From the IMG/VR virus record IMGVR_UViG_3300032242_001280: a stretch of DNA of 64,000 nt, one strand, 5' to 3'. The notes under the pieces are model-generated. The model did not search any database. It worked only from the letters and a program-made list of their open reading frames with translations, and was not told where the DNA came from. Position numbers and translations under genes: made by a program. Positions within the stretch are counted from its first letter, which is position 1, and every line of letters starts with the position of its first letter. The DNA comes from a virus. Of this stretch, positions 1 to 10,300 are shown in pieces.

Positions 1-727
1 ATTCCTTATCTTCGTTGGATAATGAATCCCAAAATTCATTTGATATTACGATAGTTGTTAGAAATAAACTATGCTTTGTATTTGTAATATAAGGAGTTTT
101 TTCTTTTACTCTGTCAAAGCGAACTAATGTTGTTTCACCACCATCAAAATCAATATCTGGGTTCTCATCAAAGTGCACTGATAAATCATGTCCACTGCGA
201 TCCAATACAGGATTTGCTCCTAGAATATTATATATTTCTTCTGCAATAGGGCTTTCAGAACAACTAATTGTTTTTCCCTTAATATCTTCCAAATTCTTAA
301 TTGGTGAATTTGATACCATCACTCTAAATCCACCACTATATGTAAATGCCAAGCCTCTAACTTTGGTGTTTTTGCTTAATAAATCAAGCAAATTTTCGCC
401 AATTGAACCATCTAGTACTCTGGTTGCATGTGCATGATCTTTAAATAAAAATGGTAAATCAAAAATGTGAAAATTTTTATATTTTGTACCAAGTGCAGTA
501 GTTTGAAATTGCGCCATCTGAAAACGATTATTAACTAAATCACTAAAAAATCCTCTTCTGTTAGCAGCATTTGGATCATTATAAAATTCTGATTTTGTTA
601 AAATTGTTACATTGATTCTACCATTTGTTTGTTCTTCAATAATATTCTTAAATGCATTTGCTGTTCTAAGAAATAAGTGCAGTGGTTCGTGTGCAACAAC
701 CCATGTTAAATTAACTTTCTCAGTCAT
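1..727 (-). CDS. dctP: TRAP transporter solute-binding protein (DctP-like), runs off the left edge; no signal peptide
   Basis: Hand translation MTEKVNLTWVVAHEP...EEQTNGRINV...FDLPFLFKDHAHATRVLDG...GLAFTYSGGFR...PIKNLEDIKG carries DctP motifs; absent from the ORF track because it has no stop in the window. Confidence 0.85.
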   Translation of the reverse strand, partial: MTEKVNLTWVVAHEPLHLFLRTANAFKNIIEEQTNGRINVTILTKSEFYNDPNAANRRGFFSDLVNNRFQMAQFQTTALGTKYKNFHIFDLPFLFKDHAHATRVLDGSIGENLLDLLSKNTKVRGLAFTYSGGFRVMVSNSPIKNLEDIKGKTISCSESPIAEEIYNILGANPVLDRSGHDLSVHFDENPDIDFDGGETTLVRFDRVKEKTPYITNTKHSLFLTTIVISNEFWDSLSNEDKE

Positions 728-799
728 ATGATATTCCTTGGCTTAATGTATTTATTACTAGTTTTTTTTCATGGACTAGTCTTATTAACTGATATATTA

Positions 800-1591
800 T
801 TATTTACTTAACGCTAATATATTGTTTTTTATAATTGCATTTATAATATTGGCTACACTTTGATGCGTTTTAATTCCTGGATGGTTATCTCGCCCAAAAT
901 CTTTCCATGCAATAAAATCTTTCATCTGATCGCTTTCATACCATACAGGTTTGGAATAAAAACTTTCTACATTAAAGTTTATTTTAACAAAATTTGTACT
1001 AACTTGGATAACAGGTATATTATGCAATTTTGCCAATAGATCAACGGTTCGAACATACTCTAACAAATGCAATTCGCTGCAGTTTTGACTCCAGTATATC
1101 ATATGATTTTGTTCTTCTTCAGTCATCTCATCAATCCAGCCAGGACCACGGGTAACACGAACATAATCATCTTTAGTAGGTACAGCATATGAAAACCTAG
1201 CACAGTCTGCCCACATAACTACCAGTAATTTAACATCGATATTTTCACATGAACTGTTAAAAAATGAATTAATGTTGCGCATTATAGCAAGATTATCACC
1301 ACCTGTGCTAGCAAAGCTAAAGTTTGTTAAATTATGTTTTTTTGCTACCAGATCACAGAAGCGCAATTCTACTGGTATACCTACGCCAACAGAAAAGCTA
1401 GGACCAAAACTTGCTAATGCTGGTGTATCTCTTTCTAATTGAGGACCACGAAACCCGTAGTCGTTAAATTTATAATCAAAATCAGGTCCACGATAATTGC
1501 CATGCCAATTTCCTGCTCTATCTGGCCCATGATGCGGCGTTTGTTTTTTAGCAGTAGGCAGTATACAAGATATGTATTTTAGTTCTGGCAT
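800..1591 (-). CDS. SGNH/GDSL-like hypothetical protein
   Basis: YKFNDYGFRG, FGPSFSVGVG, GGDN and C-terminal DNHPG motifs. Confidence 0.6.
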   Translation of the reverse strand: MPELKYISCILPTAKKQTPHHGPDRAGNWHGNYRGPDFDYKFNDYGFRGPQLERDTPALASFGPSFSVGVGIPVELRFCDLVAKKHNLTNFSFASTGGDNLAIMRNINSFFNSSCENIDVKLLVVMWADCARFSYAVPTKDDYVRVTRGPGWIDEMTEEEQNHMIYWSQNCSELHLLEYVRTVDLLAKLHNIPVIQVSTNFVKINFNVESFYSKPVWYESDQMKDFIAWKDFGRDNHPGIKTHQSVANIINAIIKNNILALSK

Positions 1592-1800
1592 TATACTTTG
1601 CCGTCTGACCTTAATTGAGGAGGACGCCCAAGTTTGTCTGTTTTGTTACCAAACTTAGCTGCTTGCTTTTGTGTTTCACCTGGATGGATATCGACCGTTA
1701 GCGCATTGGCATAACGAGGGTCTTTTGCAGCCTTCTTAGTAGCAGGAACTACACCAACACCAGCGGCTTCATCGAGGTCAAATAATTCAGTTAATAACAT
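1591..1800 (-). CDS. Small basic protein with capsid-targeting-like leader
   Basis: MLLTELFDLDEA N-terminus; translationally coupled to the next gene. Confidence 0.55.
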   Translation of the reverse strand: MLLTELFDLDEAAGVGVVPATKKAAKDPRYANALTVDIHPGETQKQAAKFGNKTDKLGRPPQLRSDGKV

Positions 1801-1805
1801 TCAAA

Positions 1806-2648
1806 TCACCACTTACGGCAAGACCAGTATCTCGCCTTAGTGCGTGGACCTGGATTCTCACAATGATGTCTAGCACGGAAACTCTTACGACGCTTTGGAT
1901 TACTCTTCTTAATACGCATATTAGGATCACCAAAGTTGACTTTCTTTACATTGCCGCTCTTTGGGTCTTTAACAAATACTTTAAACTTCTTTACATCACC
2001 ACGCATTGGTTTGCCAAGTGCAACCTTACGACCATGATATTCTGCCTCATAAAGGTCATCCATAAAGAAACGAACTTCTTGATCGCCCTTGTATAGAACA
2101 ACATCATCGTCTTCTTCTTCAACATCCCACCCCATATTATCAAGCATCTTTGCGGCTTGGGCATGTTTCCCTTCATCGCCATTCCACCACATTTTTACCA
2201 ATCGTTTTAAGGTTTGTTCATTGTTTTTTAGTGAAACTACTTCACCTTCTTCAATGCTTTCACCATAATCTTTCTTATCGGTGTTTTCACGATAGCCTTT
2301 GGAATATGCTTCTACTTCACTTGGGTCAGTTAATTTTTCATGACTGTGACCACCATGATTGTTTGGAACAAGCTTGTGTGGATTGTGTCTGCGACCATAG
2401 TAAGAATCTGCACGACCGCGATCATATGGTGAACCATGCTTATCTTCTATATCATCTAAATTTTCAAGCATATTCATAAGTTTTTCATCGGCCATGAGGA
2501 TAATGCCATCGCCATCATCGGTCATTTCCATGATATGCGTTTCTACTTCAATTGCATTGCCAAATTCTAAAAACACACCATCACCAATAGTTGGTCTGTT
2601 TTCTTGTATTGCTGTAAGTTTTTCAATTATATAACGCATATCACTCAT
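1806..2648 (-). CDS. Multi-segment putative head protein with a basic C-terminal domain seen in T4-like phages
   Basis: HGSPYDRGRADSYYGR motif; C-terminal KKVNFGDPNM...RRKSFRARH-C...ARYWSCRKW; segments separated by ESIEE/LYEA linkers. Confidence 0.6.
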   Translation of the reverse strand: MSDMRYIIEKLTAIQENRPTIGDGVFLEFGNAIEVETHIMEMTDDGDGIILMADEKLMNMLENLDDIEDKHGSPYDRGRADSYYGRRHNPHKLVPNNHGGHSHEKLTDPSEVEAYSKGYRENTDKKDYGESIEEGEVVSLKNNEQTLKRLVKMWWNGDEGKHAQAAKMLDNMGWDVEEEDDDVVLYKGDQEVRFFMDDLYEAEYHGRKVALGKPMRGDVKKFKVFVKDPKSGNVKKVNFGDPNMRIKKSNPKRRKSFRARHHCENPGPRTKARYWSCRKW

Positions 2649-2670
2649 TTTATAAATCCTAACATATTAT

Positions 2671-3153
2671 TTATTTTGCTTTAGTGCTTACACGGATTGG
2701 AGCTTTTCCGTTGCCACCGCTGTCTTTGCCGCCACGCCCTGATGCATTTTGTGCTTTGCGTTTACGGGTAACTGCGCTCTTTTTTTCCGATGCACTCATA
2801 CTACGGGCTTTTGCTGCTGGTACGCATTTGGCATAGCCACTTTTACTGCCACTTGTTCCGCATGGCGGATGTTTGCCACCTACTTTCTTACCAATATTAA
2901 CCCACTTGTCTTTAAACCACTTATGAAGATTGCTGCTTGCTTCTGGTAGAATTAAATTACCGCAGTTCATACAATAATCAACTTGTTCCAATAAAGTACT
3001 TTCACTTATTGGATCACAACTGATTTCTGTGCTCTCGCTGCGTTTCTTTTTATTCTTGACGCAGTTTGGATATTTCTTTCCAAACATAGTCTTCATGCCT
3101 TCTTTATGGTAACCTTTCCAGCATGCTTCGCCAAGAATTTCTTCCGCTTTCAT
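2671..3153 (-). CDS. Putative head protein (CWxGY..PNCV motif plus DUF5872-like basic domain)
   Basis: MKAEEILGEA leader; CWKGY...KYPNCVK; LHKWFKDKWVNI...KCVP. Confidence 0.55.
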   Translation of the reverse strand: MKAEEILGEACWKGYHKEGMKTMFGKKYPNCVKNKKKRSESTEISCDPISESTLLEQVDYCMNCGNLILPEASSNLHKWFKDKWVNIGKKVGGKHPPCGTSGSKSGYAKCVPAAKARSMSASEKKSAVTRKRKAQNASGRGGKDSGGNGKAPIRVSTKAK

Positions 3154-3992
3154 TTGGATTTATTTCCCCAGTTTGCAGCACCCTTCTTACGGCAAGTAAC
3201 TAGCGCACCACTGGCATAAGCACTAGGCCATACTTTATAACGACTTTTTACTTTATAATAACAAGCATCTTGTTTTTCATCAACACGCGATTCTGGTAGT
3301 ATAAGTCCACCACAGTGTGGGCAGCTTTCATTCATATCATCATGCGCAGCACTGCCAACGATTTCATTATAATTGTCCATGCAAAGATAATCATGGTTCT
3401 TGCTCAGCGCAATCATCTTTTCGGCAACATCGTGCAAATCTAGATCAGTCTTTGCATCTTCACGAGCATATTCCATCATACGAAGTAGTAGCGGAATGTC
3501 TAGTGATACTGTATCTGTCTTATCTGCTTCCATTACACTTTCATCATGCTTTGGCTTCTTGCCACGCTTTTTCATATTAATAGCAATGGCTGCTTGTTGT
3601 GCTGCGCTACTTGCTTCACCAATACTTTTCTGCGTACCATCAATGTCAAATGTATTCTTTATTTTCTCAAGTGTTTTTAATAAAATTTCGCGATTTGGTT
3701 CTGCTGGATTCATTCCAAATTCAGCACGAGCAACATCAACTAATTTCAAATATTGTTCAGGCTCAGCTCCGCCCATCATTCCACGAGAATTTTTTGAAAT
3801 AACTCGCATGATAGCTTGGTTGCGTTTGTTTGGTGGGAGTTTATCTGCAGTAAAAACTTCGTCGATTGCTGCTGATATTGTATTGGCATTGCGAACTAGT
3901 TGTTGCGCAATATGCGGATTTCTTAAAAGATTAGTGTTCTTTTGTATATCAAGTTTATTAGATGATTCTGCAATAATATCTTTTATTCTCAT
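3150..3992 (-). CDS. Multi-segment putative head protein
   Basis: MRIKDIIAES leader; internal IGEA/VMEA/MNES linkers; C-terminal KVWPSAYASGALV motif. Confidence 0.55.
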   Translation of the reverse strand: MRIKDIIAESSNKLDIQKNTNLLRNPHIAQQLVRNANTISAAIDEVFTADKLPPNKRNQAIMRVISKNSRGMMGGAEPEQYLKLVDVARAEFGMNPAEPNREILLKTLEKIKNTFDIDGTQKSIGEASSAAQQAAIAINMKKRGKKPKHDESVMEADKTDTVSLDIPLLLRMMEYAREDAKTDLDLHDVAEKMIALSKNHDYLCMDNYNEIVGSAAHDDMNESCPHCGGLILPESRVDEKQDACYYKVKSRYKVWPSAYASGALVTCRKKGAANWGNKSK

Positions 3993-4588
3993 TATACTCT
4001 CGCAGGTTCTCTTGCTGGCTGCGCGGGTGCAGTTGCAGCAGTAGCAGGTTTTACTTGTGGTTTCTGTGTGATAGTTTGGTTGTAAGCTGGTTTCAAAGGT
4101 TGCTTTTGTTGCTGCGCTGGTTGCTCTGGCGGTAACGCATTTTTTGATTTAAGATAGTTATACAGTTTATTGCCACCGTACAGTAACGCAATAACACCAG
4201 CAACTGGCAACGCATATGAAACTGCTAGTTTAGCAAGACCAGTTATTGCTGCGTTTGGCAAATTATCGCCAATAATCATAGAAAGATCACTTGCAGCTTT
4301 TGCAGAATCTGCCCATGGAGTTATTTGGTTTGCAAGAATTTTTCCTGTTGCAGCAGGATCAGATACCAAATTAAAAGTAAGATTGGCAAGATTCCATGCA
4401 CCTTTTGGATGAGTAGTGGCTGCTGCCAATGTAACAGCTTTTATTGGATTTGTCACAACCCAAAAAACGCCCTTAGCGCCTTTTTGCAATCCCCATGCAA
4501 GTGCTTGTAATATTTTATCACCAGATGCTTTCATATCTGCTTCGGATAATAATTCATAATCTTCTAAAATTATTTCGTTGATTTTCAT
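3992..4588 (-). CDS. Putative head-packaged protein with a hydrophobic segment and Pro/Gln/Ala tail
   Basis: Start refined to MKINEIILED (4588); TM-like YALPVAGVIALLYGG. Confidence 0.55.
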   Translation of the reverse strand: MKINEIILEDYELLSEADMKASGDKILQALAWGLQKGAKGVFWVVTNPIKAVTLAAATTHPKGAWNLANLTFNLVSDPAATGKILANQITPWADSAKAASDLSMIIGDNLPNAAITGLAKLAVSYALPVAGVIALLYGGNKLYNYLKSKNALPPEQPAQQQKQPLKPAYNQTITQKPQVKPATAATAPAQPAREPARV

Positions 4589-4589
4589 A

Positions 4590-5513
4590 TTAAACTCCGC
4601 CACCTACCATTTTCTTGCCAGGAGTTCCCTTGTCGGTACCTTTCCAATAGCCAGTAAATTTTGGACCGCTGCTTCCTTTTTCAGCAGCAGTCATAGTGCC
4701 TTCTAGTTTTTTTTTCTTGCGTTTTTTCTGATTGTAAGTGCCACCAAATAGCGAACCAACGCTACTGCTGCCAGCACCACCATTCATGCCACCGACGGCT
4801 ATGCCACCAGCGCCACTTGCGCCAGAACTAGCACTTTCGCCTATTACATGGAATCCAGCTTGTTGTTTAGATTTAACTTGCGCAGCAGGTACAATAATTG
4901 GTTGACCTTGAACTTTTCCATTTGTGTCAACCTTTGCCATCTTAACCATTCCTGGAGTTTGATTTGCTCCAGATACGGATGCTGGTGCTTTTTGTCCAGG
5001 AACTTGCGGTGATTGTTGCCCTTGCGGTGGTTGCAATTGGCCAGGAACTTGTGGTTCTTCGTTCATTTCTTCAGGATAGCGCATTTCATAATCCATATAA
5101 TCAAATACGCTTTCAATATAATCAGCAGCACGAGTTAGTTTGCGCTGTACCCAGCCATCAAGTCCTTGGCGTTCGTCAATATTTTTTAACATTTCATGCA
5201 GCATAATAGCTAACTTTGCTGTGCGATAAAGATCAGCACGAGCCATATGAACTTCATTGTCGCGAGGTTCTTCATTATATGGTTGCATAACATATTCTGT
5301 ACTGTCGTTGCCAGCACTTTGACAATCACATTCTTCAATACTGTTGATTGTTTCTGGCAATTTAATTAGATAACGACCATCGTATAACTTCCAAACTGAA
5401 GCATTAAAGCGTTGTGTGAGTTTATCCGCTTCATCATAATTTACAATTACTGGACGCCCGTCCTTATATAATATCTTTCCATATACTGGACTATTGTGGA
5501 CTTCATATCCCAT
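4590..5513 (-). CDS. Multi-segment hypothetical phage protein
   Basis: MARADLYR...WVQRKLTRAADYI helical motif, Gly-rich and Lys-rich segments separated by Glu linkers; TAAATA upstream. Confidence 0.55.
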   Translation of the reverse strand: MGYEVHNSPVYGKILYKDGRPVIVNYDEADKLTQRFNASVWKLYDGRYLIKLPETINSIEECDCQSAGNDSTEYVMQPYNEEPRDNEVHMARADLYRTAKLAIMLHEMLKNIDERQGLDGWVQRKLTRAADYIESVFDYMDYEMRYPEEMNEEPQVPGQLQPPQGQQSPQVPGQKAPASVSGANQTPGMVKMAKVDTNGKVQGQPIIVPAAQVKSKQQAGFHVIGESASSGASGAGGIAVGGMNGGAGSSSVGSLFGGTYNQKKRKKKKLEGTMTAAEKGSSGPKFTGYWKGTDKGTPGKKMVGGGV

Positions 5514-5552
5514 AAGAATTATTCCTTTGGAGTATTTATTCTGTCCTATAAA

Positions 5553-5876
5553 TTATGTTTGGATAATAAATTTACCGCCTTTATTGTCTATTTTAAAAAA
5601 AATAAATTCTTCTGACAAATCAATCTTTACATCATTTATTACAATTTTTGATAATTTTATCTTTTTTGGTTTTAAATTAATTATTTTAAAATCAATTGTA
5701 TTATCTGGCGCAGGAAGAAGAATATATTTTTCTGCAAGTGCTTGGTTATTATTTAAACAGGGAATTGCTCGTTCAGTCAATAGCTGACGATTGCCAATAA
5801 TTCGATATACAATATCGCCATCGGCATAATCATATGTTTCTGGGTATAATACAAAAGTTATTCTATTTTCAATCAT
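5553..5876 (-). CDS. Hypothetical protein
   Basis: ORF track; coupled to neighbour. Confidence 0.45.
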   Translation of the reverse strand: MIENRITFVLYPETYDYADGDIVYRIIGNRQLLTERAIPCLNNNQALAEKYILLPAPDNTIDFKIINLKPKKIKLSKIVINDVKIDLSEEFIFFKIDNKGGKFIIQT

Positions 5877-6172
5877 TGATTACATTTGAAAACTCTTTGT
5901 AATTCTTGTGCAAGTTTTGCACCACGAGCTTTTTCTTCCTTATCTGCACTGTTTTTCATTTTTTTAATTTTGGCAGATAATCTACGAAGATCGCTGCGAG
6001 TTACTTTGCGATTTATCTTTTTTCTAAGATAATGTATGGCTTGTCGTTTTATACTTATTGGGTGAGGATCGTAATCTGTTCTTTCTTGAAAGTCATTCCA
6101 CAGCGATAATATTTTGAACCAGTTGTCATCGGTATATTTGGTATATTCGGTATTGTCATATTCGTAATACAT
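5873..6172 (-). CDS. Hypothetical basic protein
   Basis: ORF with AGGA SD upstream. Confidence 0.5.
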   Translation of the reverse strand: MYYEYDNTEYTKYTDDNWFKILSLWNDFQERTDYDPHPISIKRQAIHYLRKKINRKVTRSDLRRLSAKIKKMKNSADKEEKARGAKLAQELQRVFKCNQ

Positions 6173-6182
6173 TTATATATCC

Positions 6183-6716
6183 TCATGCTACTTCTCCTTG
6201 TTTTGCAAATTTTTTAAGTGTTTGCGCAACACGGGAAAAATCTTTATCATCATATTTGATACCAATTCCGCCAGCCATTTGCCAAGAAGCAATGTTCTTG
6301 CCATAATCATCAACGAGAATATTGCTCATGCCATATTCATTAGTGGCAAACTGCGCTTTGTTATGCGTAAGTTCAATGCCGCTTGGCAGCATATCACTGA
6401 AATGCATATTAATCCATGCTCGTTTGCCACTTTCGCTGCGAGGATCATTAGCTAGTGGGGTACTACAAATATAATATTTTCCATAAAATTCTTTGACAGT
6501 ACGCACAAGTTCCCTTGCATGAGGAAGCAGTGGAAGGTCTACCCAAAAGGTAGGATGTTGGCGCACTAATTCTAATTTAGCTTCTGGGTTGTCAATGTCT
6601 TTGTAATGGCTCTTGCCATCCAACCTTGCCCATTCACCAAAGAAATCGGCAAGAACGCCGTCCATATCAAGATATACATTAAATTCTTGGTGGGCAACGA
6701 CTTCACTGATACGCAT
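6183..6716 (-). CDS. HAD-family 5'(3')-deoxyribonucleotidase (NT5C-like)
   Basis: YLDMDGVLADF motif I, ICSTP, ILVDDYGKNI; start refined to MRISEV at 6716. Confidence 0.85.
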   Translation of the reverse strand: MRISEVVAHQEFNVYLDMDGVLADFFGEWARLDGKSHYKDIDNPEAKLELVRQHPTFWVDLPLLPHARELVRTVKEFYGKYYICSTPLANDPRSESGKRAWINMHFSDMLPSGIELTHNKAQFATNEYGMSNILVDDYGKNIASWQMAGGIGIKYDDKDFSRVAQTLKKFAKQGEVA

Positions 6717-6861
6717 AATTTTATTTATCCTAGTTTTTGTCATGCTTAATCATAGCACAAGCTGTGGATAAGTCAAGTCCTATTTTTTCCTTGACAGATA
6801 AGCTATTTGTGCTATTATAAGGTATAAATATTACAGGAGTTCCGATGCGTATCAGTGAAGT
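6700..6861. repeat. Perfect 17-bp inverted repeat (ATGCGTATCAGTGAAGT) at 6700-6716 and 6845-6861 enclosing a 128-bp divergent promoter region
   Basis: Read directly; each arm is the start of a gene encoding MRISEV. Confidence 0.9.
6717..6844. promoter_or_regulatory. Divergent promoters: + TTGACA-N16-TATTAT and TATAAATA; - TTGACT-N16-TATGAT and TAAATA; DnaA-box match TTATCCACA at 6763-6771
   Basis: Consensus matches read from the sequence. Confidence 0.65.
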
Positions 6862-7027
6862 TATCCCTACAAATGAAGATTTTTCAAGCCAAATTGTAGC
6901 TGTTGATCCTGTTATTTCTCAGGAAGATACTGCTCGCATCCTTGCTGTGCAGGAAAGCAATTTCAGCGAGCCTATGAGCGGCGATGAACTTGTTGAACAT
7001 ATGAAATCTGTTCTTGGAATTCAATAA
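6845..7027 (+). CDS. Putative antitoxin (small acidic protein) upstream of a YafQ-like toxin
   Basis: 60 aa, acidic; AGGAG SD; TAATG coupling to toxin; C-terminal PMSGDELVEHM resembles RelB/DinJ tails. Confidence 0.5.
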   Translation: MRISEVIPTNEDFSSQIVAVDPVISQEDTARILAVQESNFSEPMSGDELVEHMKSVLGIQ

Positions 7028-7386
7028 TGGCTACAGTTTTTAGAACCTGTGCACTATTTGATGAGACGCTAAAATCACATGGCGCTACAGTTCTAAAAGC
7101 ATTTATTGATTTTAAAAAGACTAAAGAAATCAATGCTATGACTCCGTTTGGCAGTAAAGATCGTCCGTTTAATGGCGATGGTCCACTTGGAATGATGAAG
7201 CCACGCCTTATACATGCTGGCATGACTAAAGACATTAGTTTATTTTATTATATCTCAGGTCAAAATCCACAAGTTATTAGCTTGTATGGTTTCTTTACGC
7301 ATGATGAAAGCGGCATTGGTCAACCTGCTAAACCTGCTATTCAAAAAGCACTGGTTAAAAAGTTTGGCAATCAAGAAATGAAGTAA
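7027..7386 (+). CDS. RelE/YafQ-like mRNA interferase
   Basis: DRPFNG...LIHAGMTKDISLFY...ISLYGFFTHDE parallels the YafQ pattern DHxLxG...H...D.LL.Y...GTHSEL. Confidence 0.65.
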   Translation: MATVFRTCALFDETLKSHGATVLKAFIDFKKTKEINAMTPFGSKDRPFNGDGPLGMMKPRLIHAGMTKDISLFYYISGQNPQVISLYGFFTHDESGIGQPAKPAIQKALVKKFGNQEMK

Positions 7387-10300
7387 TTACGATAGCTGTC
7401 TTACTGTCCAACCTGTAAAACCTGAATTATTCACTAGCGGCGTGAAATGGCGTAGTGCATCTTGATAGGAATTAAATTCTAATTCTTCGGATATCTGCGT
7501 TCCATTTTGAACAAATAAAGCATATGTGCCACGACCACCAGGATTTGCAATTCTAGGTGTGTTATTAGTTACACTAATATTGGGATCATTTGCCCAATCT
7601 GGCGTAGGTTCAGCAGCAGGTTGATTTACAATAGCCTCGCCTGGTCCCATATAGAATAGTTCTTCTTCAGCGGTGTCTGGATCAATGGCATACATCGCCA
7701 TGCCCCTAATTCCACCTAATGTGCCACCCCAACGCATTGAACTGCTATAGCGTCGTTGAACACTATTAGCATACTCTTTTGCTTGTTCTGGATTGTAGAA
7801 AGTAAATGAAGTAATATTTGCTCCAGTATCTGTGTATTTTAACACATACCTTACAGAACGACCTGTAGCAGCACCAGAAGCAGTTGTACTTGATTGTGGT
7901 GGTGCCGATGGTGGTGATGGCGCACGGTCTTCGCCACGAGTGGTAATACGCATCATTTCATCACGCATATATTGTAGTGAATATTCATCTAATACACGAA
8001 CAGAAAGACGATCCGCTCGCAAGCCGCTTACGCCCCAGTTTACGCCCCAGTGTTTCTCTATTACTGGTATAGCTAGTTTTTCTATTTCACTTGAATATGT
8101 TGAATACATCTCAACCTGTGGTATAAACACCATAGTTTTACTGTCTGTTTCATTTGGATTGGTAGAATAGTATTGAACAGTCACTAAACTATAACCAGGA
8201 TAGCGTAGGGCTATATCGCCCAGCGGCAGTTGACGAGCGTTAGCAAACTTTATTGCCGTCTCAATCATATCATATGGTGCAGTGCCGTTGATTTTTACAA
8301 CATTTTCACCGTCTTCATTTTCCAAGAAACCATCAACTGGACCAGACCCAAGTGGTGCAACAGGCTTACGACGCTCTTGAGCAGTGCGTAATTCTTTTAC
8401 AAGTTGTTCTTTGTTTATTGCGCCAGCAGTATATTTGGCAAACAGTTGCATCGTGTTATCTTTTTCACTGATACCGCCGCTTACAAATTTATACAGTTTC
8501 TTTTGATATTCTTGACGAGCATCTTCGGTATCAGCGGCTGCTCCCATAACACGAACATAACGCAACATAGTCTTGCGAATTTCTTCGTATTGCTCAAAGT
8601 AATTGCCGCCAGCACTGCGGAACTCAATATAGTTTGGCTTGATGTTTACGCTTACATAACGGTCGCCACGAGGAACCAACAGTTTATTGATTTCTTTTTT
8701 AGCAATATCTTCCAATCCACTACGCATCTTATCAAGGATAGCAGGAATATTCTTTCTGCCACTTCTGCCACGCACTTCACGCTTGGCTTGGTCAAAACTA
8801 CTCTTTGTCCATCGTGAACCAGCACGACCAAATGCTTTTAACACATACTCATCACCAAGCAACATAATCACTTTAAGATGGTCAATGTTTTCCATTGTTT
8901 GGTTAGGGATACTAACACCAATATGGAAACCAGTTGTGCGATTAGTATAATAATCATTGCTCTTTGCCCAACTGAAAACATTTTCTAACGCAGCCAAACC
9001 ATCTTCCAAGTTCATTGGCGGTGATACAAGTTCAATGCCACCATCGCCATCATTGTTTGGACTATCAAGCGAACTATCTGGTTCAAATATCCAAGTGGTT
9101 TCATCACGGTCTGCTCCGTGATAACCGCTGCTTGCTCGTGCCTTATAACCAGTTGTGCGTCTAAAATCATCAACGACATCGCCAATGTCTTCGGTTGGTT
9201 CTTCTCTACTGCTGCTAAATGTATAATGCGGCCAAGTTAGCGATTCACGAGTATTGCGATTTACCCAACGCATCCAATCATACATATCACCAATGTTATT
9301 GCGATAAAGGAATTGACGCCAAATACCTTCTTCGTTTTCGCTCATCCAATTTTCACGAACGCTGTCTTTGGCATCATCAAGTTCACGCTCACTTGCTTCG
9401 TCCGCAGGAGTATCGCCTAATTCTTCTTGAATTGCATCTTTCCAATCTGTGGTATTTTCATAATTATCGTCATAATATTCAGATTGATAATCACTAAATG
9501 CTTCATAGAATAATTCTAGCGCACTTTCAACCTCACGGCGGGTATTGTGATCGCCAGCAAAAAAATCCATAACATCACGCTGACGATCACGATATGAAGC
9601 CGTGCCAGGAAAATCCTCATTGGTATCCATATCCTCTTCCTCTTCCTCTTCGCCTTCTTCGCCACCAAGACCAGGAATATACATTTCAGTTTCAAAACCA
9701 ACTTTCATACTCTTGGCAAATGGTGTTTGGGAAAACTTTTCAAGAGATGTAGGACTCATATTGATTTCGTTAAGGATACTTTCTTCAAGGCTTTCTTCTC
9801 TATTTGGAACTTCTGCCAATTGCCAAGGTGCTGCCAAATTATGTTCCTCGGCATAACTTACAGCATAACGACGAGCACCAGTTACACTTGCAGCGTTAAA
9901 TGTATGAACAACACGACTTTCACTATCCAAAATATTATATGTTGTGCCATTTGTAGCAGTGATGTTTGCTTGTGGTCTTGGGATAGCATTGCCCGCAATA
10001 TCATAACCACGATCAATTTCTGCTTGTGTATATTGGCGAGGTTGTTCTGGTTGTGGGCTTGGTTGAGGAATTACTTGACCTTGCGTATCCCATAGATTAT
10101 TGTTGTTTGGTGATCTTATAGCAATACTTGCTAATGGTAGACCATGTTCTTGCGCAAATCTTTGGGCTGCTTGCGTTGCTGCGTAAAAACTTTGTGCTTG
10201 TGTTGCTAATAATTCTGTGCCATCGCTACGGTTTACAACAACATAGGTTGCTGCGCTACCACTAGGCAATTGTAGTGCCTGTGTACCTGCACCAGGTATT

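Noticed and set aside
3400-4044. 214-aa plus-strand ORF and many similar antisense or alternate-frame ORFs in the track
   Set aside because: Shadow frames of well-supported minus-strand genes, with no motifs or expression signals
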